NCBI GenBank assembly: GCA_051313645.2
Contig: JBNRSN020000014.1
Location: forward strand, 120,776,001 to 120,840,000
Reading direction: 5' to 3'
Source of the DNA: Centroscyllium fabricii
Taxonomy: Eukaryota
Length of the DNA stretch: 64,000 bases
Under the pieces are notes generated by a model. That model worked only from the letters and a program-made list of their open reading frames with translations, did no database searches and was not told the origin of the DNA. Within the stretch, counting starts at the first letter, position 1; the number at the start of each line of letters is the position of its first letter. Below are positions 36,701 through 49,215 of this stretch, one piece after another. The position numbers and the translations under genes are program-made.

Positions 36701-37575
36701 TTAGGGAAATTGATGGGATTGAAAGCCAATAAATCCCCAGGGGCTGATAATCTACATCCTAGGGTACTTAAGGAAGTGGCCCTAGAAATAGTAGATGCAT
36801 TGCTGGTCATCTTCCAAAATTCTATAGACTCTGGAAAAGTTCCCATGGATTGGAGGGTAACTAATGTAACCCCACTATTTAAAAAAGATGGTAAAGAGAA
36901 AACGGTTAATTATAGACCGGTAAGCCTGACATCGGTCGTGGGGAAAATGCTAGAGTCCATTATAAAAGATGTAACAGCAGAGCACTTGGAAAATTGTGAT
37001 AGGATCAGCCAAAGTCATCATGGATTTACAAAAGGTAAATCATGCTTGCCTAATCTACTGGAATGTTTTGAGGATGTAACTTGTAGAATGGATAAGGGAG
37101 AACCAGTTGATGTGCTGTATTTGGACTTTCAGAAGGCTTTCATTAAGGTCTCGCATAAGAGATTAGCATGTAAAGTTAAGGCACATGGGTTTGGGGGCAA
37201 GGTATTGACTTGGATAGAGAACTGGTTGGCAGACAGGAAGCAAAGAGTTGGAATAAACAAGTATTTTTCCGAGTGGCAGGCAGTGACTAGTGGGGTACCG
37301 CAGGGATCGGTGCTGGGACCCCAGCTATTCACAATATATATAAATGATCTAGACGAGGGAACTAAATGTAATATCTCCAAGTTTGCAGACGACACAAAGC
37401 TGGGTGGGCGTGTGTGCTGTGAGGAGGATGCAGAGGAACTCATCTATGATTTGGACAGGTTGGGTGATTGGGCAGATGCATGGCAGATGCAGTATAATGT
37501 GGATAAATGCGAGGTTATCTATTTCTGTGGCAAAAACAGGAAGACAGATTATTATCTGAACGGCAATAGATTAGG
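33760..37575 (+). mobile_element. Long CR1 LINE: decayed ORF1 (Cys motif plus SGNH esterase) and ORF2 (APE endonuclease, RT)
   Basis: VIGDAIVR, CCLPGARV, VHIGT, DGLHL; CLNARSI, ITETWL, GDFN, SDH; YRPVSLTS, GVPQGSVLGP, KFADD. Confidence 0.93.
35345..35820 (+). mobile_element. Second CR1 3' fragment (with structured module) inserted in the endonuclease of the long CR1
   Basis: Interrupts EIRDA...IMGDFN; ends ttcttatgttcttat. Confidence 0.88.
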
Positions 37576-38988
37576 AATTTCTTTCAGTTCCTCCCTCTCA
37601 TTAGACCCTATGTTCCCCGACAACTCTGGGAGGTTATTTGTGTCCTCCTTTGTGAAGACAGAATCAAAGTATATATTTAATTAGTCTGCCATTTCTTTGT
37701 TCCCCATTATAAATTCCCCTGATTCTGTCTGCAAGGGACCTATTTCACCAATCTTTTTATCTTCACATATCTATAAAAGCTTTTACAGTCAGTTTTTATG
37801 TTCCCTGCAAGCTTACTCTGATAATCTATTTCTCCCCTCTTAATTAATCCCTTTGTCCTCCTTTGCTTAATCCTAAACTGCTCCCAATCCTCAGGTTTAC
37901 TGCTTTTTTTCGCCAATTTATATGTCCTCTCCTTGGATCTTATGCTGTCCCTAATTTCCCTGGTCAGCCACGGTTGAGTCACCTTTTTTGTTTTATTTTT
38001 ATGCCAAACTGGGATGAACAAATTCTGTAGTTCATCCATGTGATCTTTGAATATCTGCCATTACCTGTCTACCATCAACCCTTTGAGTGTAATTCCCCAA
38101 TCAATCCTACCCAACTCGTGCCTCAAACCATCATAGTTTCCTTTATTTAAATTCAGGACCCTAGTCTCTGAGTCAACTACTTCACTCTCCAACTTAATGA
38201 AGAATTCTATCATATTATGATCGCTTTGACCCAAGGGGCCTCTCACAACAAGATTGCTAATTAATCCTTTCTCATTACATAATACCCAGTCTAAGATGGC
38301 CTGATCTCTAGTTGGTTCCTCGACATATTGGTCCAGGAAACCATCCCGTAAACACTCCAGGAATTCCTCCTTCACAGTATTGTTACTAATTTGGTTAGCC
38401 CAATCTATATGTAGATTAAAGTCACCCATGATAACTGCTGTGCCCTTATTGCATGCTTCTCTAATTTCCCTTTTAATGCCATCCCCAACCTCTGCATTAC
38501 TCTTTATTGGTCTATATACCACTCCCACTAATGTTTTCTGCCCCTTGGTATTTCTCAGTTCTACCCATACAGATTCCACATCCTCAGAGCTAATATTCTT
38601 CCTTGCAATTGTGTTAATCCCCTCCTTAACCAGCAATGCTACCCCACCTCCTTTTCCTTTTTGCCTATCTTTCCTGAATATTGAATACCCCTGGATGTTG
38701 AGTTCCCAGCCTTGGTCACCCTGGAGCCATGTTTCCATAATCCCAATCATATCATATTCATTTACCTCCAGTTGCACAGCTAATTCATCTACCTTACTGC
38801 GAATGCTCCTTGCATTAAGACACAAAGCCTTCAGGCTTGTTTTTTTAACGCTCCTAGACCTTTTAGAATTATTATTTACTGTGGCCATGTTTGAGTTAAA
38901 CCCTTGATTTCTCTGACTGCCAGCTTTGTTTTTCTCCTTCCTGTCTTTTGCTTCTATCCTTGTTCCCCTTTCCTCTGTCTCCCTGCTC
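37576..38988 (-). mobile_element. Inverted CR1 ORF2 5' segment, followed by a plus-strand CR1 tail (38989-39131)
   Basis: APE domain ORF 38061-39080; homologous to 34815-36680. Confidence 0.9.
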
Positions 38989-39252
38989 AATGCTAAAGGG
39001 ATCAAGTGATATGGGGAGAAAACAGGGACAGGATACTGAATTTGAATGATCAGCCATGATCTCATTAAATGGCGGAACAAGCTCGAGGGGCCGAATGGCC
39101 TACTCCTGCTCCTATCTTCTATGTTTCTGTGTAATAGTTTGGATCCAACTGATTCACGAATGATTCATCTCCAATATGCATGTCACTATTTGAAGAGTTT
39201 TCCTGGTGTCCCGGCTAATATTTATCCCTGAACCAACATCAATAAAACCGAG

Positions 39253-39482
39253 TGTCATAAAACACGACTTCCGAAATATCTCAGGAAAAGTTACTGGTCG
39301 GCCAGCTGAGGGTGCCGACCAGGGAGTATAAATACTGGGCCCTGGGCCCACCTTGGACAGAGACAATCTGGAACCAGGAAGCTAGTGACTGTAAACTAGC
39401 TCTCTCTCTTTATGTTGTGTTATAAGTTGAATAAAGCCTTGCTTTATATTCACCAAGAGCTTAGTAAGTTTTTATTACGTCT
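39253..39482 (+). mobile_element. Probable solo LTR inside a SacSINE-like fragment
   Basis: Starts TG, has TATA gtataaata and AATAAA; imperfect TSD ccgag/ctgag; 3' end lacks CA. Confidence 0.55.
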
Positions 39483-39802
39483 CTGAGTATCTGGTCATTG
39501 AACTCATTGCTGTTTGTGGGACCATGCTGTGTTCAATTTGGCTGTTGTGCTTTCCTACATTAGAACAATGACTACACTTCAAAAACACTTCATTGACTGT
39601 AAAGCACCTTGGGACATCCTCAGGTCATGCAAGTTCCTTCTTTCTTTATCGATATTTATTATTTAGATTATCCTTTCCTCACGTGGAAGTATAGTAAGCC
39701 GCTTACAGTTATAACTGCACAAAACACACTCTCAATTCATTATTTTCTATCATGGGTACTTGGCCCTTATTAAAAGGAGCAGTGGTACATGAGGAACCTT
39801 AC

Positions 39803-39849
39803 TGTAAATCTATAGTCTGTAGGTGTGAGTTCAATATCCATACCAGGTG
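39803..39849 (-). CDS. Ly6/uPAR gene, coding exon 2 (47 bp)
   Basis: ttttctctctcttttcag|...|gtaagg; phase 1/0; (A)PGMDIELTPTDYRFT links exons 1 and 3 in frame. Confidence 0.75.
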
Positions 39850-39907
39850 CTGAAAAGAGAGAGAAAACAAATCACAATAATAGACAAGTCAAAATACAAT
39901 TCAAATA

Positions 39908-41237
39908 GGAACATAAGAACAGGAATAGGCCATTCAGTCCCTCAAGTCCATTGCGTCATTCAATTCGATCATGTATCTCAAATCCAGTTATTTGCCTTTG
40001 TTTCATGTCCCTTGATACCCTTACCTAATAAAAATCTGTCTTCCTCATCTTAAAAATTTCAATTGACCCAGGATCCACAGCCTTTTCGGGGAGGGAATTC
40101 CACATTTCACTCCTAAATGCCCTAGCTCTAATTTTAAGATTAAGCCCTATTGTTCTGGAAGTAGTTTCTCTGCATCTACCCTATCGAATCCCTTTATCAT
40201 TTTTAAACACCTCAATTAGATCAACCTTCTAAACTCAAGAGAATACAAGCTGGGTTTGTGCAACCTATCATAAGTTAACCCTTTAAGCCCTGGTGTAATT
40301 CTGGTTAATCTGCACTGTACTTTCTCCAAGGCCAGCATATCCTTCCTGAGGTGCTGTGCCCAAAATAGAATGCAATACAGGTTGAAGACCGTTTATCCGG
40401 TAACCGAAAAGCCGGCAACTTCAGTCGTCCGGCATAAATTGCCCCAACTGCCCTGCGCATGCGCAAAATGGGCACCGCGATCGATGCTTCGGCAAATGAT
40501 CTGTGCATGCGCCGCCGAACAGCGAGCGCATGCGTAGATCATTCAAAACGGCCGCCGGACGAGCCGGGCCTTCCGTGACGTCAGGGCGCGGCATCTCGCG
40601 TCGCGTTTTGAATGTGCAGGTTCCGAGCGCCCGCCACGGTGAAGCGCGCGGTTCCCCGGAGCAGCCGGCATGCCATCATCAGGAGGCACAAACCGCAGCT
40701 GAGACTCAGCAAGGACGTTCGGCAGCCATTTCCAATGTTGCGCGCATGCGCACTGGCCAGCTTCATTCTACTGTTTTTTTCGCTATACCGGCCCGGGCCT
40801 AGTCCCGCCTGTGCCGGTATAACGGTGTTCAACCTGTACTCCAGATGGGATCTGACCAAGGCTCTGTACAACTAAAGCATAACCCTCTCCACTTTATATT
40901 CCAGCCCCATTGAGATAAAGGCAAACATTCTATGATTCTATTAGCCCTTTTAATTCGTTTTTGAATCTATGCACTATATTTGAGTGATTTGCTTTCCTGC
41001 ACACCCAAATCACCTTTGCTCCTCCACAGTTCCTAGTCTCTGGCCATTAAGAAAATATTCAGATTTGTCTTTCTTGGATCCAAAGTAGATAACCTCACCC
41101 TTTCCTACATAGAACTCCAGCTGCCATAGATTTGCCCATTCATTTAATCTGTCTATGTCCCTTTGTAACTCCCTGCTGCCATCTACACAACTTACTGTGC
41201 CTCATAGATTAGTGTCATCTGCAAACCTGGATACACA
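39908..41237 (-). mobile_element. Old CR1 3' fragment hosting a MITE
   Basis: CR1 tail and YRALVRSHLEY motif. Confidence 0.75.
40378..40836. mobile_element. TA-TSD MITE, copy 3
   Basis: TIR caggttgaagaccgtt / aacggtgttcaacctg; duplicated TA. Confidence 0.88.
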
Positions 41238-42337
41238 GAATGCTCACTGAAGCACATTGTTTTTACAGTGTAATTGGTTTATTGCTATTACCAGTATAAA
41301 ATTATTCAAGGTAACTGTGGAGAGGAAGGCCCTTGTTTAATTTTTTTAATTTTAGGGGCTCTTTATTATTGTAAATGATCTTGCGTTGAGATTTTGAAAA
41401 CACGCTGTTGACTGTGCACCAGTTCGTGTGAGTAGTTACATTTCCCGAAGCCAATGGGGATGCGACTATGAGCAATCAATCAGGCAGTACATTTTGTTTT
41501 AGAACGCTCCTGTGAAGCAACTTGGGACGTTTTACAATGTTAAAGGTGCGACATAATACAAGTTGTTGTTGTAAATGTTTCTGCCCTGTCCGCACGCCTG
41601 TTGTTTTCAGCCACATGGAATCCAATGAGTACACAGAAATGGTGCCGTGAAGAATTTTATGAAGGCAAGGTTAGCCATCCACGACACTACTGAACAAAAG
41701 CAGCACAGTCTAACCTCATTACAGCAAACTAAAATTCCCTCAAGACTTAATTCTCATTGTGACAAACACATTAGCAGTTCTTATGGCACCAAGCGTAATA
41801 GATTTTAAGCCTGCTAAAGACAGCCACAGAGTTAAAAGCTTGAGTAGGATGAACTTTCCCCAACTTCCAAATGGATTTATGGTTAAATGTTACTGAACCA
41901 TTGAGATCAGGAAGATCCCAAGTTTGAGGCCAGTTAGCTGATCTGAGCTGGGGCAGCAGTAGGAGTGTTGCACCTGGCCACAGCAGTTCTGAGCTAGGGA
42001 TGAGCAAAAACAGTCAAGGTTCGTGCCCCAGACCATTCTGTTGCCCCCAGTTGCATTTATATAGCGCCTTTCATGTAGAAAAATGTCCCAAGGCACTTCA
42101 CAGAGACGTAATCAGACAAAAATGGACACCAAGCCAAAGGACATATGATGACATGTGACCAAAAGGTTGGTTTAGGGAGAGATTTAAAGTAGGAAAGGGA
42201 GGCGGAGAGGTTTAAGGAGGGATATTTCAGTATAGAGTATATTCAGCTGAAAGCATGGCGAAGTGTCGGGGGGAATGTCCAGGGGGAATGCACAAGAGGC
42301 CAGAGACAGAGGAATGCAGTTTTGGGAGGGTTGTAGG

Positions 42338-42479
42338 CAATGTTCCCTTTAATTTTTTTTGGGTGCGCGGCCCCTTTAAAATACCGCGCATGCGTGGATT
42401 TTCCTATTTAAAAGCCGGCAAGCTGGCTGTGCAGGAGCTGCAGAGCGCTGCACGGCCTCGCAGCTAAAAGGGAACGTTG
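42338..42479. mobile_element. Small hAT-like MITE
   Basis: TIR caatgttccct / agggaacgttg; 8-bp TSD gttgtagg / gttgtaga. Confidence 0.75.
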
Positions 42480-42778
42480 GTTGTAGAGCTGGAGGAGGTT
42501 GGAGAGATAGGGAGGGGTGAAGCCACACAGAGATTTAAATATGGGCATGAGAATTTTAAATTGAATGCATTGGGATCCAGGAGCCACTGTAGGTCAATGA
42601 GCACAGGAATGATGGATGAACGGGACTTGATGTGGGACAAGATACGGGCAGCAGAGTTTTGGATAAGCATGTCCGTGGATGCTTGAGGTTAGGAGGCCAG
42701 CTAGGCGAGCATTGGAATTGTTGAGTTTGGAGGTGACAAAGGCATGGATGAGGGTATCAGCAGCAGATGGGTTGAGGC

Positions 42779-43175
42779 AATTTGCTGCCCCAGAGAGCTG
42801 TGGAAGCTACTACGTTGAATAATTTTAAAACCGAGATAGACCGTTTCCTGGAAGTAAAGGGAATTAGGGGTTATGGTGAGCGGACAGGTAAGTGGACGTG
42901 AGGCTAGGTTCAGATCGGCCATGTGATCTCCTGGACCAGTTTTCGATCGCCTAGATGGGTCGGAGAGGAATTTCCCAGATTTTTTCTCCCAAATTGGCTA
43001 CTGGGTTTTTTATCTGGTTTTTCGCCTCTCCCAGGTGATCACATGGGTTTGGGCGGGGTGGAGAGTTAAAATAAAATTGAGGTTAGGATCAGATCAGCCA
43101 TGATCTTGTTGAATGGCGGAGCAGGCTCGAGGGGCCGATTGGCCTACTCCTGCTCCTATTTCTTATGTTCTTATG
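42779..43175 (+). mobile_element. CR1 3' fragment with structured module
   Basis: Matches 35428-35820; followed by an (aattc)n microsatellite. Confidence 0.85.
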
Positions 43176-44131
43176 TTAATTCAATTCAATTCAATTCAAT
43201 TCAAGTTTTATTGTCATTGCAGAGTACTAGTACAATACAACGAGACGAAGACTCGCCGCTCCCGAGAGTAGTGCAAATAAATTACATGCAAATTGCATAC
43301 AGTAAAGTACATTTTCAGGTATGCAGGTACCGGAGTTTATTTTTAGAGTTCAGGAGGCTGACAGCCCTGGAGAAGAAGCTGTTCTTAAAGGCAGGGATGG
43401 AGGCAGACAGTGTTACCAAGGTGGATAGAGACGGTCTTTGTGAGGGGCAGGATATGTAGTTAGAAGCTCAGCTCAGCTCAGGGTTTAATAGGAGGTTGAG
43501 ATTGAAACAGTCTGGTTCAACCCAAGACTGTGGCCGTCAGGGAGGTGGGATTGGTGACATGAGTACAGAGTATGTAATGGGGGCTGAAGACAGCAGCTTC
43601 AGGCTTCCTTACGCTTAACTGGAGGAAATTTCGGTCCATCTTAGACTCGATGTTGGACAAGCAGTCTGGCAACACAGAGGCAGTGGAGGGATGGAGTTCG
43701 GGCTGGGTGTCGTCAACGGACATGTGGCAGCTAACCACATGTCTTTGGATGAGGTCGTCAAGGGGCAGCGTGTAAATGAGGAAGAGGAAGGGGCTGAGGA
43801 TAGATCCTTGGGTGACTCTGGAGGAGGTGGGAAGAGAAACCATTCCTGGAGATACTCTGGCTACGATTGGATAGGTAAGAGTGGAACCAAGCGAAGGGGC
43901 AATCCCACTGAGCTAGACAACAGAGGCGAGGCATTGGAGGAGGATTGTGTGGTCGACCGTGCTAAAGGTTGCAGGAAGATCGAGGAGCACGACGAAGGAT
44001 AATGCACCATGGTCACAGTCACAGAGGATGTCATTTGTGATTACGCCTCTACGAAGTGCCTTGGGATGTCCTTCTGTGTTGAAGCCACTATATAAATGCA
44101 AGTTGCTGTTGTAAAATACATAGTTGAGAAC

Positions 44132-44410
44132 TGTGGGAAACCACTGTATATATATGTTTGTACCTGTATGCATTGTGTGTGTGACCTCCACTGTTTGTAC
44201 ATAGTCTTTCATGTATAGCTTGTCTGGGCATGCCCGTGCTGACCCCGCCTGTGGCTCCTCCTCCCCGGACCCAGGTATAAAGGTGACTGTCTCCCTCCCC
44301 CAATCATTCTGGGATCAGTCGACTAGCATGGGCATGCTCATGTCTTAGTGAATAAAAGCCTTTAGTTCACTCCACAACTTCTCGTCTCTGAAGTTATTGA
44401 TAATGCATCA
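44132..44410 (+). mobile_element. Solo LTR related to the 10323 Gypsy LTR
   Basis: TG...CA, 5-bp TSD agaac, shared blocks tgtgg.aaaccactgt, gtcgactagc, ttag.gaataaaagcc. Confidence 0.88.
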
Positions 44411-45346
44411 AGAACAAGTTCAGGCTCAGCTGTGACACCTCCACAGTGGAGTTGCTTGGCAACAGTGACTGTTAAGGCTCACAAATGAAGGTTGCTGCTC
44501 GAGTGAGGTACCAGAGGGCAGCTGGAATCCATGGAACTGTACCCCAGCATGTGTCAGCATCTTTATAACAACAAAGCCTGCAGAACAACAATGGCTACAC
44601 TTCAAAAGTAATTCATTGCCTGTGAAGTCCTTTGGGATGAAAGGCGTTATATAAATGCAAGTTCTTCTTCAGAAGAGAAAGGGAGAAAATTGTAGGAAAA
44701 AAGTTGAATTATTCCCCACATTTATATTAAATGGCTTTACTTAAAGTATGAGAAATTTTCTAATTACACACATTTATACATTCATTCAGTAGGAAATATA
44801 GCTTACTCTTTTGGGAACTGCAGAATCCTAAAAATATAAAATTGAAAAACATAGTTAGGAACAAATGTACTGCAAATGTGGTTACCAAACTTTATTATTC
44901 AAAATGTTTCTTTTTTAAATTTCATTGTATGTCTCCAGAAGCTTATTCTTTGAATATTTTCTGTTGGTTATTAAATTGAGCAGCAATGTCAGCACCTGGT
45001 AGCAGTTTGCTACAGATACGCAACTCACCACTTAACAATCTTTCATCCTAAACCACAACTGGCACATTTCAAACAATCAAGAGCCCTTCATGTGCAGCTG
45101 GTCATGAAGCCAGCTCCCTACAACAAATGGATTGTGAGTTGCAAATATGAAAAAGGAACATGTCGCACGTAAGCAAGGACAATGGGGCAGGTTTTGTGGT
45201 CGGCGGCGTACCTACGGACGGAGTACGAACTTACCTGATGGGAACCCTCCTTCACGAACTTGCTCTTTGACGCTGCGTAAAATACCGGCACAGACCAGTT
45301 GGGCCGAACGACCTGTTTCTGTGCTGTAAATTCTATGGAATTCTAT

Positions 45347-46033
45347 GGGGGCTAAATTGGTCAGCGCATGTTTTGGGGCACTGCACTGGGCGCAGCGCTA
45401 AAATTAGCGCCGGACGCAAATTAGTGCCCGATCTCCCGATATTCGCTTTAGCGCCGGCCTTGCAGATTGCAGCGCTAAATCAAGCGTTGCACAGGTGCAA
45501 ACGGCCAATATTCAGGCTCTAAGTGGCGAGCACGGGCGCAGCGCTCCATCTGCCACTCCTGGCCTTCCCAGCAATGCCGGCGCCGGTCAGCTCTTAAAGG
45601 GGGAGGTAAAACAGTATATGATGTCTCCTCACCTCCCTCTGCCTCTCTCTGTATCTCTCCTAACCTCCCTCTGTCTGTCTCCGATCTCCCACAAAATGGC
45701 CACCGCACGAAAGGGAGGAAATGTCTCCCTTTAAAGAACGCCCCAGCGGCCCCACATCGCCTCAGCTGCGTTTGTGAAAGCTGGCGTGGGCAGTGCTGCG
45801 CGTCAGTTAGGCGGCCGCTCGTCAATTTCGGTGCAGCCCTGGGGGCGGGCGTTGCACCAGGATATCTGCACTGATTCACGTGCGCCCAGCAGCGGGCGCT
45901 AACAGTTAGCGCCGGCAGCGTTCACTTGGCGAATTTTGGGCGCGGCGCAAAAATTTTAGCGCCCGGCGCTAAAACCTCTTGCGTCCATTTTTGGGCGCTA
46001 ATGGGCTGGCGCTAGAGTGTCAATTATGTAACC
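45347..46033. mobile_element. GC-rich Harbinger-like MITE (family of 19361)
   Basis: Same left end ggggctaaattggtcagc and tagcgc repeats; right TIR degenerate. Confidence 0.65.
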
Positions 46034-46702
46034 ACTTGGCCAAATGGCTTCTTGCAAGGTGAGGTGTTAGCCAATCAATTGTAGGTAGGCAGTTAGTTAT
46101 ATGATTTAAGTGGCTATGATAGAGACATGCAATATCAATAAGGCACTGAAGATGGAAGAAACATGTCTTCTAAAAGCTTGAACAATGTCAGAAACTGGAG
46201 CAAGAGAAAGCTGGTTTTGTTTGCAAATGTAATTCTTCCGGTCGATAATTTTAACGAAACAGATTTCTCTCTGTGGTTTTTTTGAGGGCCATAAAACAAA
46301 AGGGCAACTGTGTATGTACACCCGAAACGGACCCAAGAGGACAAAATCACCCCCAAAGGGAACTGTTACCATGGAGCACAAGAACACGGGAACAGGAGTA
46401 GGCCATTCAGCCCCTCGAGCCTGTTCCGCCATTCAATGAGATCATGGCTGATCTGTACCTCAACTCATTTACCTGCCTTAGCTCCATAATTCCTTGATAC
46501 CCTGACCTAACAAAACATCTATACATCTCACTCTTAAAAGCTTCAATTGGCCCAGCAGCCACAGCCTATTGGGGGAGAGAGTTCCAGATTTCTACTACTC
46601 TTTGTGTAAAGAAGTTGATTATATATACACGCTGTTCCTGCTCAAAAAAACATGCACAGACTAAAATTCAACAGTGTTATCGATTGTTTTTCTATAACTT
46701 AC

Positions 46703-46772
46703 CGCAAAGAGTCACTGCGAGGGTCAGAAACAAAGGAACTGGGTTCTGCTGAAAGGAAATGTTCTTAAACAT
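46703..46772 (-). CDS. Ly6/uPAR gene, coding exon 1 (signal peptide)
   Basis: Acceptor ttccagtttcag (exon starts 46782), AAAATG, MFKNISFQQNPVPLFLTLAVTLC, phase-1 donor G|gtaagt. Confidence 0.75.
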
Positions 46773-47108
46773 TTTCAACAACCTGAAACTGGAAAGCAAA
46801 GACTGAAAAATGTAAAAATAAGGTTGGAGTCATTGGGGAAAATGATGACTCAAAAATAATTGTTGACCGTATTAAAGGAGCAGTGTCTTCGTGAAAAAAT
46901 GTTTGGCAAATCTTTTTCATTTTTTTTCAATGTAAAGTAATCACATCCAGATTCATCATCGCAGCATCTCCTTGTGACACCTCCTCACAACAATAAATGA
47001 AAGGATTCCCAATTCCCCAACATTTCCTTCAAAAAAAGGTGCAATCCCTATGATACTCTATGTCCTCGCCAACATTCCTCCCTCAGTCAACAGCACTAAA
47101 ACCTGATT

Positions 47109-47503
47109 AACATAGAAACATAGAAGATAGGAGCAGGAGTAGGCCATTCGGCCCTTCGAGCCTGCTCCGCCATTCAATGAGATCATGGCTGATCATCCAA
47201 ACCCAGTACCCCATCCCTGCCTTGTCCCCATATCCCTCTCGAACCTGCACCGACCCATATCCCACCCTATCCCCGTAACCCCACCTATTTAATCCCCCTA
47301 ACACTAAGGGTCAATTTATCCTGGCCAATCAACCTAACCCGCACATCTTTGGACTGTGGGAGGAAACCGGAGCACCCGGAGGAAACCCACGCAGACACGG
47401 GGAGAATGTGCAAACTCCACACAGATAGTACCCGAGGCTGGATTTGAACCCGGGTCTCCAGTGCTGTAAGGCAACAGTGCTAACCACTGTGCCACCGTGC
47501 CGC
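47109..47503 (-). mobile_element. HE1-like V-SINE
   Basis: Family match; TSD gattaac. Confidence 0.9.
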
Positions 47504-47649
47504 GGATTAACCGTTCATTCATCTCATTGATGTGTCCGGGAGGTTTCTGGTGGTGATTGGCTGCTCCATTTGCAAATTCAGTCTAAAAGTCATTCATTAT
47601 ATGAAGTTCTTTCAGGTGTTTTGACCATAGAATCATCATAGAATCATAG

Positions 47650-47947
47650 GTCTGGACAGGCTAGATTCAGAGAGAATGTTTCCAATGGCGGGGGAGTCCA
47701 GAACCAGGGGCCACAGTCTAAGGATAAGGGGTAAACCATTTAGGACAGACATGAGGAAGAATTTCTTCACTCAGAGAGTGGTGGGCCTGTGGAATTCCCT
47801 GCCACAGAGGGCGGTGGAGGCCAGTTCATTAAACATATTCAAGAGGGAATTGGATATATTTCTTCAAGCTAAAGGGATTAAAGGTTATGGAGAAAAGGCG
47901 GGGCGGGGTACTAGCTTGCTAAAGATCAGCCATGATCTCATTGAATG
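47650..47947 (+). mobile_element. CR1 3' fragment
   Basis: TRGHSLRIRGKPFRTDMRKNFFTQRVV. Confidence 0.8.
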
Positions 47948-48344
47948 ACCTAAGGCACTACGTAAATTGATGATTTTTTCCTTATATCTAGCGATTGCAG
48001 AGCACAGCGATTGTACATTTTTACCACCACTATCTGTTACACCTTGTAATAAATGGTTCCTACTAACTCAATCAATCAGTTGAAGTTTAAGGTAGTCTGC
48101 TAGTTACAGTGCAAGTTTGACAAGCAGGTACTATCCAGTCCGAGTACTGCTGCCTCTAATCCAAGGCTACATTAAGAGCCAGGAATAACAAATTAGAGTT
48201 ACACATATGCATAGTTAAACCTGCACTGGAAGCTTCATTTATATCCACTTTCACTCCCCCTTTTGTATGTGCGCCACATCTGTCTCTTTCCATTCCTCTG
48301 CATCTGAGAATGGGCCAAAATGCAATCCATTCACATTTGGGCAG

Positions 48345-49215
48345 CGGGAGAGCATCGCGGGGAGTCGGGCATCACAGGGGGAGTCGGACATCGCGGGGGG
48401 AGTCGGGCATCGCGGGGGGAGTCGGGCATCGCGGGGGAAGTCGGGCATCGCGGGGGTCTCGGACATCGCGGGGGGAGCTGGTCATCGCGGGTAGGTCGGA
48501 CATCGCGGGGGGAGTCGGGCATCGTGGGGGGAGTTGGGCATCGTGGGGGGAGTTGGGCATCGCGGGGGGAGTCGGGCATCGCGGGGGGAGTCGGGCATCG
48601 TGGGGGGAGTCAGACATCGCGGGGGGAGTCAGACATCGCGGGGGGAGTCAGGTATCACGGGGTGAGTCGGGCATCGCGGGGGAGTTGGACATCGCGGGTG
48701 GGAGTCGGACATCGCGGGGGTGTCAGACATCGCGGGGGAGTCAGACATCGCGGGGGAGTCAGCCATTACAGGGGAAGTCGGGCATCGTGGGTGGAGTCGG
48801 GCATCGCGGGGAGAGTCGGGCATCGTGGGGGGAGTCGGGCATCACGGGGGGAGTTGGACATCGCGGCGGGTCTCGGACATCGCGGGGGGGTCTCGGACAT
48901 CGCGGGGGGAGTTGGACATCACGGGGGGAGTCGGACATCGCGGGGGGAGTCAGACATCGCGGGGGGAGTCAGACATTGCGGGGGGGTCAGACATCGTGGG
49001 GGGAGTCAGATATCGCAAGGGGGTCTCGGACATTGCGGGTGGGTCTCCGACATCGCGGGGGGAGTCAGGCATCGCGGGTGGAGTCGGACATCGCGGGGGA
49101 GTCAGACATCGTGGGGGAAGTCGGGCATCGCGGGGGGAGTCGGACATCGCCAGGGGAGTCAGACATCGTGGGGGGAGTCGAGCATCGCGGGGGGAGTTGG
49201 ACATTGTGGGGGTGG
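48345..49215. repeat. G-rich minisatellite, ~20-bp unit GGGGGAGTCGG(G/A)CATCGCG, roughly 40 copies
   Basis: Directly visible tandem array. Confidence 0.95.

Larger units (their letters stand above)
42050..44040 (-). mobile_element. Decayed L2 LINE with nested insertions
   Basis: VLLDLPATFSTVDH, VTQGSILSPFLFLIY, VDDTQ, LIQNSAARIL. Confidence 0.8.

Noticed and set aside
48345-49215. CRISPR-like array
   Set aside because: Head-to-tail units without unique spacers; eukaryotic context, no cas genes.
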